A stretch of 64,000 nucleotides of DNA from Patescibacteria group bacterium (GCA_019752815.1 JAIELQ010000007.1:40922-104921), one strand, 5' to 3'; numbered from the stretch's first letter, positions 27,898 through 38,560 are shown. Numbers and translations: made by a program. The notes: generated by a model from the sequence alone, not told the origin.

Positions 27898-30573
27898 ATG
27901 TATATATCAGAAGTTCAAAGTTCAAAAACTGTCAAATTAGTGACACTTTTGACTCTTTTTGCCGTTATTATTAGCTTGTTACCTGTTTCAGCATTTGCGC
28001 AGGTGACTGAACCTGTTACCGATACAGAAGTAACTGTCGACGGAGAGAGTACATCAACTACTCCGGCAGAGCCTGTTGAACCAGTGTCATTAGTGCTCGA
28101 CCCTGAAGAAGTAGTATCTGAACCAGAAGCGACAGTAGTTGTCGAAGAAGAACCTGTTCTGAGTGCTCGGATCGCAGAGTCTATTGCTGTTGCTGATAAT
28201 GGTGAAGATCGGCCTATGAAATGTCTGGACGCTAATCTTCTAACTAATGGTTCATTTGAAGAACCAACAGTTGAGGGAGAATGGACGATCTTTGGAAGCG
28301 TCCTCGGATGGTTGTCTTCTGCTAGTGAGTTAGAAATTTGGAAGAATTTTAATGGAAATGGTGTTGATTCAGCTGCTGATGGTCAGCAAAATGCTGAATT
28401 AGATGGAAATGCACCCACAACTATTTCACAAACTTTGTCAGTAGTTCCGGGTAGTAAATACCAAGTATCTTTTGCTTTCTCACCTCGAGTCGGTCGAGAT
28501 ATGGCTGATAATGCAGTAAAAGTTAAATGGGATGGTGCAACACAAGGAACAGTGTCAGCAGATGGTTCTAGTAATAGTGGAAACGTTTGGACAAATCACT
28601 ACTTTACCGTAACTGCTGATGATGCTTCTGCGGTCGTTGAGCTTGAAGATATCGGTTCAGCGACTTCATACGGAACACTTATTGATGACGTGGAGGTATG
28701 TCTTGTAGAGCGCGCAGTGGTTGAAAAAGTAGAGGAAACAATCATTGTTACTGAAAATACAACTAATTTTGAAAACACAAACGGCTGGATGTTCAATCGC
28801 GACCTTACAACCGCTACTCCGTTTGAATTTAACACAAACGAAGCAGTGATTGGTGCTGGTGCCCTTAATGTTCTTCCAATCGGTGCTAATGCAGCTGATA
28901 AGTTTATTGCTGAATATTTCGTACTCGATAAAATCGATAACGTTATTTCATTCTCATACGACTTTAAAATTGGTGCCAGTGGTGATGATACAGATGAAGA
29001 ACAGTTCTACATGAATGTGTACGCTAACTTCGGTGAATCTAGTGCAACTAAATTCTATGACTGTCGTTACAATGTGGTGCCTACTGTTGGATCAATTGCT
29101 GGATTTACAACCGTAACGTTTGACCCAACTCAAGCATATCCAGTTACTACCCGTGGTGGTGCCAGTGCCTCCCCGTACCCTTGTCCAGCTGTGCCTGCTG
29201 ACATGAATGACCTCAGTCCGAATTCAACTTTCCGTGCTTTTGCAATTAACCTAGGAGACACATCTGCATCAGATGTTGGACTAGATGGATACTTCGATAA
29301 CGTGGTACTTGATACACCAACAAAAATCACTACCTTTGATTTCGAACCTAAGAAAATCTCTGGGAATAACCTCATTAGTGGCTGTAAATTCAACGACGCT
29401 AACGCTAACGGACTTAAAGATGAAGGTGAAGTAAATCTTTCAGGATGGGAAATTGTTCTTACTCAAGAAGACTCAGACCCACAGTACGCTGTTACTGATA
29501 AAAACGGATGTTACTCATTTGAGGTTGGATATGGTTCATACTAAGTTGCTGAGACTCAACAAAAAGGTTGGGAGCAAACAGCTACCATTGGAGATGGCGC
29601 TGACGGAAACATTTGTTACATCAATTTCTACACTGAAATTGCCGCACGAAGTGCGGTTGTAGCTGAAGGTGAATCAATGTACAGCGATACTGCTACGTGT
29701 GACTTTGGTAATCACGAAGTTGAAATTAACGAATGTACCTACTCAGAAAATCTCCTCGCTAATGGTAGTTTTGAAACACCATTAGTTGATCCAGAAAGTG
29801 ATGGTTGGGACATCTTTGATTCAGTAGTAGGCGGGTTGGCTTGGGTAGTTACTTGGATTAATCCAGCAGCCGAAGCTCCAGCAGTACCAAAACTAGAATT
29901 ACAAGATGGACGTCCAGCCAGTGATGGTAATCAATACGCTGAACTAGACTCAAACTATACTCAGCCAGGTGCCCCACAAATTCTTGGAGACGCACGCGTT
30001 AAAATCGCGCAAACAGTACCAACAGTAATTGGTGAAGAATATACCTTTACATTCGACCTGTCAGCTATTCCTGGTCGTCGTGGTGGTCCGGGTAATAACA
30101 AGGTAGACGTTATCATTGGTGGAGTAGTAATTGATACCAAAACTGCTGATGGACGACTTGCAACAACTACTAACTGGTCAACCTACTCATACACATTTAC
30201 TGCAACAACCTCAGCTACTGAAGTTGCTCTGGCAGATGCAGGACGATCAAATACATTCGGTACGTTTGTAGATAATGTATCTCTTGCAGGTTGTGTGCCA
30301 CAAAATGATGGTGGAGATGATGAGGGAGATGGTGGAGGAGATAATGAAACACCAACACGCCGTGGTGGTGGAGGTGGAACTCGTATTGACCGAACACCAG
30401 CTGGTGAGGTGTTGGGTGCACAAGCCACCGCTCCAACTGGAATGGTGCTTGGAGAAGCCACCTCAACCCTTCCAGTGGGCGCTCCTAATACTGGAGCCGG
30501 AGGGACTGCACAAGTCACTATTCAACTACCATCTGTAGTTGCAGTGTTGCCAAAAACACAAAAGATAAAATAA
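27898..30573 (+). pseudogene. Secreted surface protein (DUF642-like domains, SdrD-B-like domain, C-terminal APNTG motif) interrupted by an in-frame TAA at 29542-29544
   Basis: ORFs 27859-29544 and 29677-30573 share one frame, and the sequence across the stop reads GSY*VAETQQKGWEQT. Two NLL.NGSFE.P domains. Confidence 0.75.
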
Positions 30574-30575
30574 GT

Positions 30576-31211
30576 ATGTTTACTGGTTTCCAAAAAACCA
30601 GAGCATATAGCAAACGTCATTACGTTCTCGTAATGGCGTTTGCCATTGTGCTTGTTGTTGTGTGGGTTGCAGTACCCTATATCGATCGGTATGTAAATGA
30701 TGTAAATCAAGAGGTGGCAACTGAAACTATTGAGCCGGTGGTCCATAATGGTGAATTTGCCCGTTCCGCTCCTGTACGATTAGTAATTCCGTCACTTGGT
30801 ATGGATACAACGTTTGTCCAACCGCTAGGATTATTACCTGATCAAACAATTGGAGTGCCAAATAGTTATACCGAAGTCGGTTGGTACAGTGGGGGGGTGA
30901 GTCCAGGTGAGGTAGGCCCGTCGGTAATATTAGGACACGTTGATTCAGTTGACGGTCCAGCAATTTTTTATTCGTTAGGTCAGATGGAAGTGGGGGATGA
31001 AATTGAGGTAACTCGTGCTGATGGAACCATCGCAAAATTTGCCGTTACCAGAATGGAGCGTCACCCACAGTCAGATTTTCCAACCATGGATGTCTATGGA
31101 CCTACTGATACAGCCGCCTTACGCCTCGTTACCTGTTCTGGAAGTTTTGATAAAGGTGCACAACGGTATAGTCATAATTTGATTGTTTTTGCCGAGCTAA
31201 TAAAGAGTTAA
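30576..31211 (+). CDS. Class F sortase
   Basis: PVRLVIPSLG, VGWY, ILGHVD, LRLVTCSG, YSHNLIV with N-terminal TM. Confidence 0.92.
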   Translation: MFTGFQKTRAYSKRHYVLVMAFAIVLVVVWVAVPYIDRYVNDVNQEVATETIEPVVHNGEFARSAPVRLVIPSLGMDTTFVQPLGLLPDQTIGVPNSYTEVGWYSGGVSPGEVGPSVILGHVDSVDGPAIFYSLGQMEVGDEIEVTRADGTIAKFAVTRMERHPQSDFPTMDVYGPTDTAALRLVTCSGSFDKGAQRYSHNLIVFAELIKS

Positions 31212-31214
31212 TAC

Positions 31215-32618
31215 ATGCCCTCTTTATTAGTTTCACAACGCCAATTTTGGGAGAGTAATTTCATTTATTACACTTCAATTGTAGTCCCGGTATCATTTAA
31301 CCTGCTAGTATTTTACTTTTTGTTTTACGAAGTAGAGGGTAATCAAATTAATAGTTCGGCTGAGCTCGCTTTGTTTATTGCCAAGCTCTTTTGGCTGACG
31401 GGAGCCGTAGTTGCAGTAAGTAATATTATTGGGTTGGTGGTATTTGGAAACCCTCGTCACAATAACAATCAAGCAGTCGAGTCATTTGTTAGTAGTGGCT
31501 GGCCAAAGGCACGTCTTATTGTTGTATATGTGTCACGTGGTGATAATGCGCAGGCACTGGCTCGATCAATAGCTTCAACAGAGATACTTCTTCAAAAAAT
31601 GAATGTGCATCACCGTATTGATGTAGTAACTGACATGCCGGTAGCCGAGTTTATTTCTGGACCAGATTCTGCTGTTCGGTTCCATCTTGTGCCGGAGGGG
31701 TATGTCACACTTAATCAAGCTAAATGGAAGGCTCGGGCTCTCCATTATGTTGTAGAGCAGCATCAGCAAGATGATGATTTGTTTGATACCGATCACACAT
31801 GGGTACTACATCTCGATGAAGAGTCACAAATGACTGAAAGTGTTGTTGCTGGTATTGGTGAATTTATCAGTAATCCTGAAAATCAGAATAAAATTGGGCA
31901 GGGAGAAATTAAGTATAATGCGCACCAATATGGGTCGCACCTTTTGATTACGTGGGCGGATTCAATTCGTAGTGGGGATGATCTAGGGCGATTTAGATTC
32001 CAGTACAGTCTCTTTCGTCGTCCATTATTTGGAATGCATGGTTCGTTTATTCTCGCCCCGTTACGGATTGAGCAGCAATTTGGTTTTGATTTAGGTGGGA
32101 AAGGAAGCGTAACGGAAGACGCCTATTTTGCTCTCAAGTGTGCTGAACAAGGGGTGAAATTTGGCTGGGTAAATGGCTACATTCGTGAACAGTCACCCTA
32201 TACTATTCTGGCGTTACTTAAACAACGTCGAAGATGGTTCTCGGGTTTATTAATGTTGTCTTTTGACCGTACCATCGCTTTTAAGACTCGTTTACCATTG
32301 CTTCTCAATACAGTATTATGGTCAGTAGCTTGGATTGGACCATCAGTTACGCTCATAACTTTGTTTTTTGGTGGATATTTTCCTGTTCTGTTACTTTTAT
32401 TTGCAGGATTATTGCAAGGGTTTTATACGGCTACGTATATGGTTGGAGCAGCGCGCAATCTTGCTGATTCAGATGTTACAATGTCGTTTTCTCGCCAAGC
32501 GGTCATTTATCTAGGTTCTCTCGTCAGTGTTCAGGTTGTAAATGTTATTGAAGGATGCGCTGTATTATACGCACTCATCAGTCCGGTTAAAACATTCGAT
32601 GTAGTTAATAAAAATTAA
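31215..32618 (+). CDS. GT2-family glycosyltransferase, egghead/BRE-3-like
   Basis: KARALHY, WVLHLDEES, ADSIRSGDDLGRFR, GMHGSF, SVTEDAYF, EQSP...KQRRRW plus TM helices. Confidence 0.8.
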   Translation: MPSLLVSQRQFWESNFIYYTSIVVPVSFNLLVFYFLFYEVEGNQINSSAELALFIAKLFWLTGAVVAVSNIIGLVVFGNPRHNNNQAVESFVSSGWPKARLIVVYVSRGDNAQALARSIASTEILLQKMNVHHRIDVVTDMPVAEFISGPDSAVRFHLVPEGYVTLNQAKWKARALHYVVEQHQQDDDLFDTDHTWVLHLDEESQMTESVVAGIGEFISNPENQNKIGQGEIKYNAHQYGSHLLITWADSIRSGDDLGRFRFQYSLFRRPLFGMHGSFILAPLRIEQQFGFDLGGKGSVTEDAYFALKCAEQGVKFGWVNGYIREQSPYTILALLKQRRRWFSGLLMLSFDRTIAFKTRLPLLLNTVLWSVAWIGPSVTLITLFFGGYFPVLLLLFAGLLQGFYTATYMVGAARNLADSDVTMSFSRQAVIYLGSLVSVQVVNVIEGCAVLYALISPVKTFDVVNKN

Positions 32619-32641
32619 CTTGGTTTAAATGAAGATACTAG

Positions 32642-33832
32642 TTAGAACCATTGATTGCCACCAAGATGCCATACAGATACCGAAGTTATTCCTAAACTGG
32701 CCACCAAGTCTCTTTTTTGTTTTAGACTTTGTGCATCTTGATAGAAATAAACAGTCGTCCCACTTCTCCAAGTCATTTCTCCCGAACGTACATCACGTAC
32801 GGCGGTAGGATATCCTACTTTTTTTCTAATTTGTTCATGGGTGAGGATGGTCATTCGGTATGAGCCAACAGTTCCTTGGTATCCGTAAGACGGTAAACCA
32901 ATGGTTAATTTTTCTTTTGGATATTTAGTACTTGTCCAATTCACAACATTCCTAATCCAATCTAACGGAGCTACAGGCGATCCGGCTCCATAGTCATATT
33001 GGTAGTCATACGCCATAATTACCATATGATCAACTGGTAGGTTAACGAAATCATTATATCGCCATAAAAACCATTTTTCTTCAGTGGCGTTTGATACGGC
33101 TGGGCCGTCTAACATTAATTTTTTGCCTTGAGCATGAAGAGCATCGCCCAATGTTTGTACAAACATTTTGTAATTGGTGTAGGCTACTGGTGTCCAGCTA
33201 CTGAAATCCTCGAAATCTAGCTCGATACCGGTAATACCGTTGTTTACCGTAAAATCTACCAGAGTCTTTATTTCTGAGCTAGAAGCATTAAGAGCAGTTG
33301 CAAAAAATGTCTCCATGTCATTCACGCTCGCTGACGAAACAGTTGCATATTGTTCAGTTGAGTATTGTTTGAGCCGTGCGATAGTGGTGGGTGAATAGCC
33401 GTTACAACGGGTGTTTGTTGAGTCAAGTAATGTCAGGAAGCCACCGCTAATAGTAAAGAATTCAGCTTTTAGAGTATGAATTTTACGTCCATCCGCCATT
33501 TCCGTATTGGCTCCACAGGCAGGATTGCCTGGATATATCCAGGCCATAGTGCGAACTTCGTTTATTTGAGCAGCCGACGCTTGGGGGATAAATTGTGCCA
33601 GGGGACTTGTTGTAGCAGCTTGTTGTTGGTTCTTTTTGTTTCGAATCACAGCCGCTTCTTGTTCACCAATTGTTTCAGACGTGGTAGTCTCGTTTTGGAC
33701 TAATGTAATTGGAAGATCACTCTCCAGAGTAGAAACGATAGCTATTTTTGTATGAGTCACTGAGAGTATAGTCATGATAAGGAGTGCGAACGCACCAGTA
33801 GCTAATCCAGCTAATAAAATTTTTGTATGCAT
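32642..33832 (-). CDS. Membrane-anchored glycoside hydrolase family 18
   Basis: GIELDFE, IMAYDY, GSPVAPLDW, KLTIGLPSYG, VWHLG. Confidence 0.85.
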   Translation of the reverse strand: MHTKILLAGLATGAFALLIMTILSVTHTKIAIVSTLESDLPITLVQNETTTSETIGEQEAAVIRNKKNQQQAATTSPLAQFIPQASAAQINEVRTMAWIYPGNPACGANTEMADGRKIHTLKAEFFTISGGFLTLLDSTNTRCNGYSPTTIARLKQYSTEQYATVSSASVNDMETFFATALNASSSEIKTLVDFTVNNGITGIELDFEDFSSWTPVAYTNYKMFVQTLGDALHAQGKKLMLDGPAVSNATEEKWFLWRYNDFVNLPVDHMVIMAYDYQYDYGAGSPVAPLDWIRNVVNWTSTKYPKEKLTIGLPSYGYQGTVGSYRMTILTHEQIRKKVGYPTAVRDVRSGEMTWRSGTTVYFYQDAQSLKQKRDLVASLGITSVSVWHLGGNQWF

Positions 33833-33854
33833 ACCCTCACTATACACTTTTTTA

Positions 33855-35228
33855 CTACTTTTGTTCAATAAATACCCCTTTGCGCTCCCATTTTTGCCAG
33901 ACGAGCTCTTGTTTTCTGATGTATCCCCATAATGCTTTAAATAAAGCATTAGTTTCAACAAATGTACTCACATAGAACAATAACCAACCAATCGGAGCTA
34001 GGAGTAAGAAGGGAAGAGTTGCTTCTCGGTGTTTATCAAATGCAACCTGAACCAAGAACATTGAACTTACAACCACGATGCCGGAAATAAATGAGGTGAA
34101 GTCACCAGTCATAAATGAGAAGATATAAAGGAATGTCAGGAACAAAATCTCTAATGACAGTTGAAGTTCTCCAATAATAGCTAACGGTAATATAAACCAC
34201 GAAAGTAATTTATTATGTTCTTTTTTAAAACTACAAAACATACCACGGTGTTCAGCAAAGGTTTCAAATCGGCCTCGTTTCCAGCGCAACCGTTGTTTCA
34301 TGAGGCCGCTCAGTGTAACAGCACCTTCTGTATAGACTAAAGCGTCAGGAGCATAGGCAATACGCATGCCGTGAGCCTGTATACGAACAGATAACTCAAT
34401 ATCCTCGGTGATGTTAGTGGTGCTATAAGGACCAATTTTATCAAAAATCTCACGCCGAAATGCTCCCGCTGCACCGCCAATGATGTAGATAGTATTTACC
34501 AATGATTCTGCTTTTTTAAAGTAAAAAGAAAATAAAAACTCTAAATACTGCACGACTCCAATTATAGTGTCGGTATTACCAATCCGAACGTTGCCAACGG
34601 CTGCCATAACGGTAGGATCTTGGAAATACTTAACAAAATTTCCAACAGTTTCTGGCGGGACGTAACAATCGGTATCAATTGATAGAATGATGTCCCCAGT
34701 AGCTAAATTGAGTCCATTATTTAACGCGTGACCTTTGCCCTGAGCTCCTTCATAGCTATAGATAACATCAATGGTCTGCTTAAGTGATCGGTCACGAGTT
34801 AGTTCATATCTTTCAATTAGGTCACGCACGTTCTTACCCGTATTATCTTTTGAGGCATTATCTATTACCAATATTTCCATATTAGTATAGGTGCTTTTTA
34901 ACAGGGCTTCGACAGTCGTGATGATGCCGTTTTCTTCATTCCAAGCCGGAACAATGACGCTCACACGAGGATTATAGAGGCTCCCTTGTCTGGCTTTTTT
35001 TAGTATACGATTACGATGAGCAACGCGGATTTCATTCCACGGACTTAACATCATGTATATAAAGTATTTAGTGAGAAGAATAGAGGCAAATATTATGATT
35101 ATTGACCGTAAAACGGCAAAATTTTCTGTTTCTTGGCGTTCAACTAAAAATACAGAACTTAAAATAGCCCCTAAAATTATATATAAAGCAGTGTAGACTA
35201 ATATTTTGTTGCTAGGAAAAAATTTCAT
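33855..35228 (-). CDS. Processive GT2 polysaccharide synthase (PgaC/IcaA/NodC-like)
   Basis: VIVPAWNE, IDNASKD, GKGHALN, IDTD, TED, QRLRW plus TM helices. Confidence 0.9.
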   Translation of the reverse strand: MKFFPSNKILVYTALYIILGAILSSVFLVERQETENFAVLRSIIIIFASILLTKYFIYMMLSPWNEIRVAHRNRILKKARQGSLYNPRVSVIVPAWNEENGIITTVEALLKSTYTNMEILVIDNASKDNTGKNVRDLIERYELTRDRSLKQTIDVIYSYEGAQGKGHALNNGLNLATGDIILSIDTDCYVPPETVGNFVKYFQDPTVMAAVGNVRIGNTDTIIGVVQYLEFLFSFYFKKAESLVNTIYIIGGAAGAFRREIFDKIGPYSTTNITEDIELSVRIQAHGMRIAYAPDALVYTEGAVTLSGLMKQRLRWKRGRFETFAEHRGMFCSFKKEHNKLLSWFILPLAIIGELQLSLEILFLTFLYIFSFMTGDFTSFISGIVVVSSMFLVQVAFDKHREATLPFLLLAPIGWLLFYVSTFVETNALFKALWGYIRKQELVWQKWERKGVFIEQK

Positions 35229-35416
35229 AGAGGGTCTTTAAATATGTGCATTGTGAATAGTTTGGCAAAACAGTTCGAAAGTATGATCAAGCATATAAAT
35301 AACGTCACAATATCGTATGTTCGAGCATCAAAAAAATTCCAGAGCGTAATGCCGATAGCAATTGTGAGGCCGCTCAGTAATAGATAGGCCGTTGTAGCGA
35401 TGACTTGATGTCTCAT
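35225..35416 (-). CDS. Small 2-TM protein translationally coupled to the GT2
   Basis: Two hydrophobic helices; overlaps the GT2 start; extended -10 box just upstream. Confidence 0.6.
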   Translation of the reverse strand: MRHQVIATTAYLLLSGLTIAIGITLWNFFDARTYDIVTLFICLIILSNCFAKLFTMHIFKDPL

Positions 35417-35575
35417 TGCCGGTACTATATCATAAAATAATTAAAAAGTCAACTATTCCTACCATGCTTTTAACGTGGTTTATATTAGCTGAGTGACTAT
35501 CTTTCACCTCTTGAGATGAATTTTAGGTAATGAAAAAGACGCCCAAAGTGCGGGCGCCAGGTTTTTCTGAGGTTT

Positions 35576-35773
35576 TTACTCAGCGGCGAATCTGAGTTCG
35601 GCCGGTGGATTATCTTCGAGCGGTGGCAAGTAGTCCAGTCCCTCAGCTATACTCCAAGCCAAGGCTCGTTCCTGTCGGAACAGTTCTTCACTGGCAAAAA
35701 TTCGTTCTGTTCGGTCGTCTTCATCAGTACGGGGAGGTTCAATTTGATCTCCAAAATGCGGTTCATATCCCAT
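35576..35773 (-). CDS. Small acidic hypothetical protein
   Basis: GAGG SD-like site before the ATG and a hairpin after the stop. Confidence 0.45.
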   Translation of the reverse strand: MGYEPHFGDQIEPPRTDEDDRTERIFASEELFRQERALAWSIAEGLDYLPPLEDNPPAELRFAAE

Positions 35774-35971
35774 TGGTTCCTCGTTCGTTGATTATGGTTA
35801 AGGAGCTGGTGAACTGTCAGGCTCGCTTTATATCATACATTTTACTTAATAGCAATAGTGAGTTGTATTGTTATTTAAAAGTAGAGGTATATCATTTATA
35901 TAGTCCATGGTGGGCTGAGCTTCTGGTTTGTATTAATGGAGAGATACTTATTATCGTAAGTCGTAATTTTT

Positions 35972-37432
35972 ATGAATATATTTAGCGTAGAGGGAGGTTC
36001 AGTAGGGAGACTGGTGACAGGCTTGAGTTTATTAGCTTTGATTATGAGTGCTTTTCCGGTGTCTTTTGCTACGGCGGAAGGTGAAGAAGTTGCTCCAGTT
36101 ACTGATACGTCAGTCGTTAGTAGTTTGGTAGAAGAGACTGAGCCAGGAGATTTGTGTGACAACATGCTAGGTGTTCAATTGGAGGTGCCAACAGGTTGGA
36201 TGGCAGATGGAAGTTCATGTTATCTGGTTGAACCATCAGAGCCTACACTAGAAACAATCGAAGTTTGCAAATATACCTATGGGGAGGGGGAATCATATAT
36301 TCCTGTTGCCGGATGGATAATGTTTGTCACAAATATTGATCCAAATGAAATTATTGCTGCTGGTCCAGATGATGTGCCTGAGGGGTATATCTATGAAGTT
36401 GTCACTGATGATACAGGTTGTGTGACCCAGTCTGTTAATTCTGAAAATGGTCCGTGGTATGTATTTGAGGATATTGAAGACGGTTGGTACCAATCAGATG
36501 TTGATGTGGTAGGTGGTTACGCAACTGAAAGTGAGGGAGATAATTTCTGTGTCTTTTTTGATGATGAGATAATTTCTTCTGAATTGTCGCGCAGTGGTGA
36601 ATATAGTTATAGTTGTGATTTTTATAATGTGGATGATCGCGAAGAGGTAACTGGCTATAAGTGGAATGATGAAAACAACAATGGTGTTAAAGATGATTCA
36701 GAAGTAGGGGTTCAAGGTTGGACTATTACAGCTTCAGATAACACTAAAGCTGGATATTCTCCAGTTTCGGCAGTAACAGATGCCAATGGGTATTATTCAA
36801 TGATGCTTCCTAGTGATGGTAATTGGGTAATTACTGAAGAGTTGCGTTCTGGTTGGACACAAACTGCGGTATATGAAAACGGTTACAAACTAACAGAGGA
36901 AACGGAAGAGGGTGGCTCAATTGCAGAATGTTCACTTAATCTACGTTCAAAATACACAAAGGTTGCAGTTTTGGATGAAGTTACAGCGCCCGAACTCTAT
37001 AATCGTTGTGATTTCCTTAATTATCAAGAGCCGCGTCGTAGTGGTGGCAGCAGTTCGGGAACTCGCGTCAGAGAGCGTGCGACCCCACAGTCGTTAGTGC
37101 TAGGAGCAGCAACTGGCACACCAGCGTGTGGAATGTACCTCCAAGACTACATGCGTATGGGTAACGCTGCCTCTACAACCCAAGTAACAAAACTCCAAGT
37201 ATTCCTTAATGCAGTGGGCATTACTGCACCATTAACTGGAATCTTTGATGCCGGGACTGACGCAGCGGTACGAGCATTTCAAATGCAGTACAAACCAGAA
37301 GTTCTTACACCGTGGTATCTTGCCAAGTTAGTGCCACATGAGAATTCAACTGGTTGGGTGTACCAATTAACACGATGGAAAATCAATAACATTGTGTGCC
37401 CAGGCAGTGAAGCGTATCCGGTTCTAAACTAA
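35972..37432 (+). CDS. Acidic Cys-containing surface protein with SdrD-B-like and C-terminal peptidoglycan-binding-like domains
   Basis: Signal peptide; GYKWNDENNNGVKD...GWTI...TDANGYY; LVLGAA; VTKLQVFLN...TGIFD..TDAAVRAFQ. Confidence 0.75.
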   Translation: MNIFSVEGGSVGRLVTGLSLLALIMSAFPVSFATAEGEEVAPVTDTSVVSSLVEETEPGDLCDNMLGVQLEVPTGWMADGSSCYLVEPSEPTLETIEVCKYTYGEGESYIPVAGWIMFVTNIDPNEIIAAGPDDVPEGYIYEVVTDDTGCVTQSVNSENGPWYVFEDIEDGWYQSDVDVVGGYATESEGDNFCVFFDDEIISSELSRSGEYSYSCDFYNVDDREEVTGYKWNDENNNGVKDDSEVGVQGWTITASDNTKAGYSPVSAVTDANGYYSMMLPSDGNWVITEELRSGWTQTAVYENGYKLTEETEEGGSIAECSLNLRSKYTKVAVLDEVTAPELYNRCDFLNYQEPRRSGGSSSGTRVRERATPQSLVLGAATGTPACGMYLQDYMRMGNAASTTQVTKLQVFLNAVGITAPLTGIFDAGTDAAVRAFQMQYKPEVLTPWYLAKLVPHENSTGWVYQLTRWKINNIVCPGSEAYPVLN

Positions 37433-37484
37433 CGTTTGGGATTGAAAAGGAAGATTGACGATAGAATATTGAACATACAACGTA

Positions 37485-37513
37485 GCAAAAAGCACCCTGC
37501 GGGTGCTTTTTGC
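37485..37513. terminator. Terminator hairpin, near-identical to the one at 38525-38560
   Basis: gcaaaaagcaccc-tgc-gggtgctttttgc. Confidence 0.75.
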
Positions 37514-37541
37514 TTGTATTAAATGATAGAATAATAAAACT

Positions 37542-38522
37542 ATGCCCAAAAAGGTTTTGGAAAAAAAGAATATACCAAGTAACGTTGTGGTCTACCAGAC
37601 AAAGTCGGGTGCTTTGGAGTTGCGTGGGGATTTTAAGCATGAGATGGTTTGGGCTACGCAAGCACAGATTGCAGATGTTTTTGAAATTGATCGTACAGTT
37701 GCAACAAAGCACATTAACAACACACTTAGGTCGAGTGAAGTTGATGAAAATAACAATGTGCAAAAAATGCACATTGCTAACTCAAAAAAACCAATCAGTT
37801 TGTACTCGTTGGATATTATTTTAGCTGTTGGGTACCGTACAAACTCAGCAAAAGCGATTGAATTTCGCCAATGGGCTACTAAAACACTCAGACAACACAT
37901 TGTGTCTGGCTACACTATCAATCGGGCTCGAATAGCTAAAAACTATGATGAATTCATGGCTACAGTGGCGAAACTGCAAGCAGTTCTGCCTAATAATGCT
38001 GAAATCGATTCTAAAACCACACTTGATTTGGTTAGATTGTTTGCGGATACGTGGTTCTCACTTGATGCGTATGATAAGGAGTCATTAGCACCTTCAAAAG
38101 TTAATAAAAAGAAATTAAAACTAACGGCCAAAGAGTTGCAAGATGGTATTGTGGTTCTCAAAACTGAGTTAATGAGAAAAGGCGAAGCAACCAATAACTT
38201 TGCTCAAGAGCGCAATCATGAGGCGTTGGAAGGAATAGTTGGTAACGTGATGCAAAGTTTTGGTGGAAACGAGCTGTATCCTAGTATTCAGTCAAAAGCA
38301 GCTCACTTACTCTACTTTATAATCAAAAATCACCCGTTTGTTGATGGTAACAAACGTTCCGGTGCGTATGCGTTTGTATGGTTCTTGCAGAAAACAAAAG
38401 TGCTTAACACTAACACTCTTACCCCAACCGCCCTTACTGCTCTCACTATTCTTATTGCAGAAAGTAATCCTGTTGATAAAGAGAAAATCATAGCCTTGGT
38501 CACTACTTTGATTTCAGGATAA
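37542..38522 (+). CDS. RhuM-Fic/Doc fusion protein
   Basis: RhuM motifs (WATQAQIA, YSLDIILAVGYRTNS, FRQWAT) and a Doc-type HPFVDGNKRSG motif. Confidence 0.9.
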   Translation: MPKKVLEKKNIPSNVVVYQTKSGALELRGDFKHEMVWATQAQIADVFEIDRTVATKHINNTLRSSEVDENNNVQKMHIANSKKPISLYSLDIILAVGYRTNSAKAIEFRQWATKTLRQHIVSGYTINRARIAKNYDEFMATVAKLQAVLPNNAEIDSKTTLDLVRLFADTWFSLDAYDKESLAPSKVNKKKLKLTAKELQDGIVVLKTELMRKGEATNNFAQERNHEALEGIVGNVMQSFGGNELYPSIQSKAAHLLYFIIKNHPFVDGNKRSGAYAFVWFLQKTKVLNTNTLTPTALTALTILIAESNPVDKEKIIALVTTLISG

Positions 38523-38524
38523 AT

Positions 38525-38560
38525 CACCCAAAAAGCACCCGCCAGGGTGCTTTTTGGGTG
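38525..38560. terminator. Terminator hairpin
   Basis: cacccaaaaagcaccc-gcca-gggtgctttttgggtg. Confidence 0.75.

Noticed and set aside
29542-29544. Alternative genetic code (stop reassignment)
   Set aside because: TAA, TAG and TGA all end well-defined genes here, and only one internal stop was seen.
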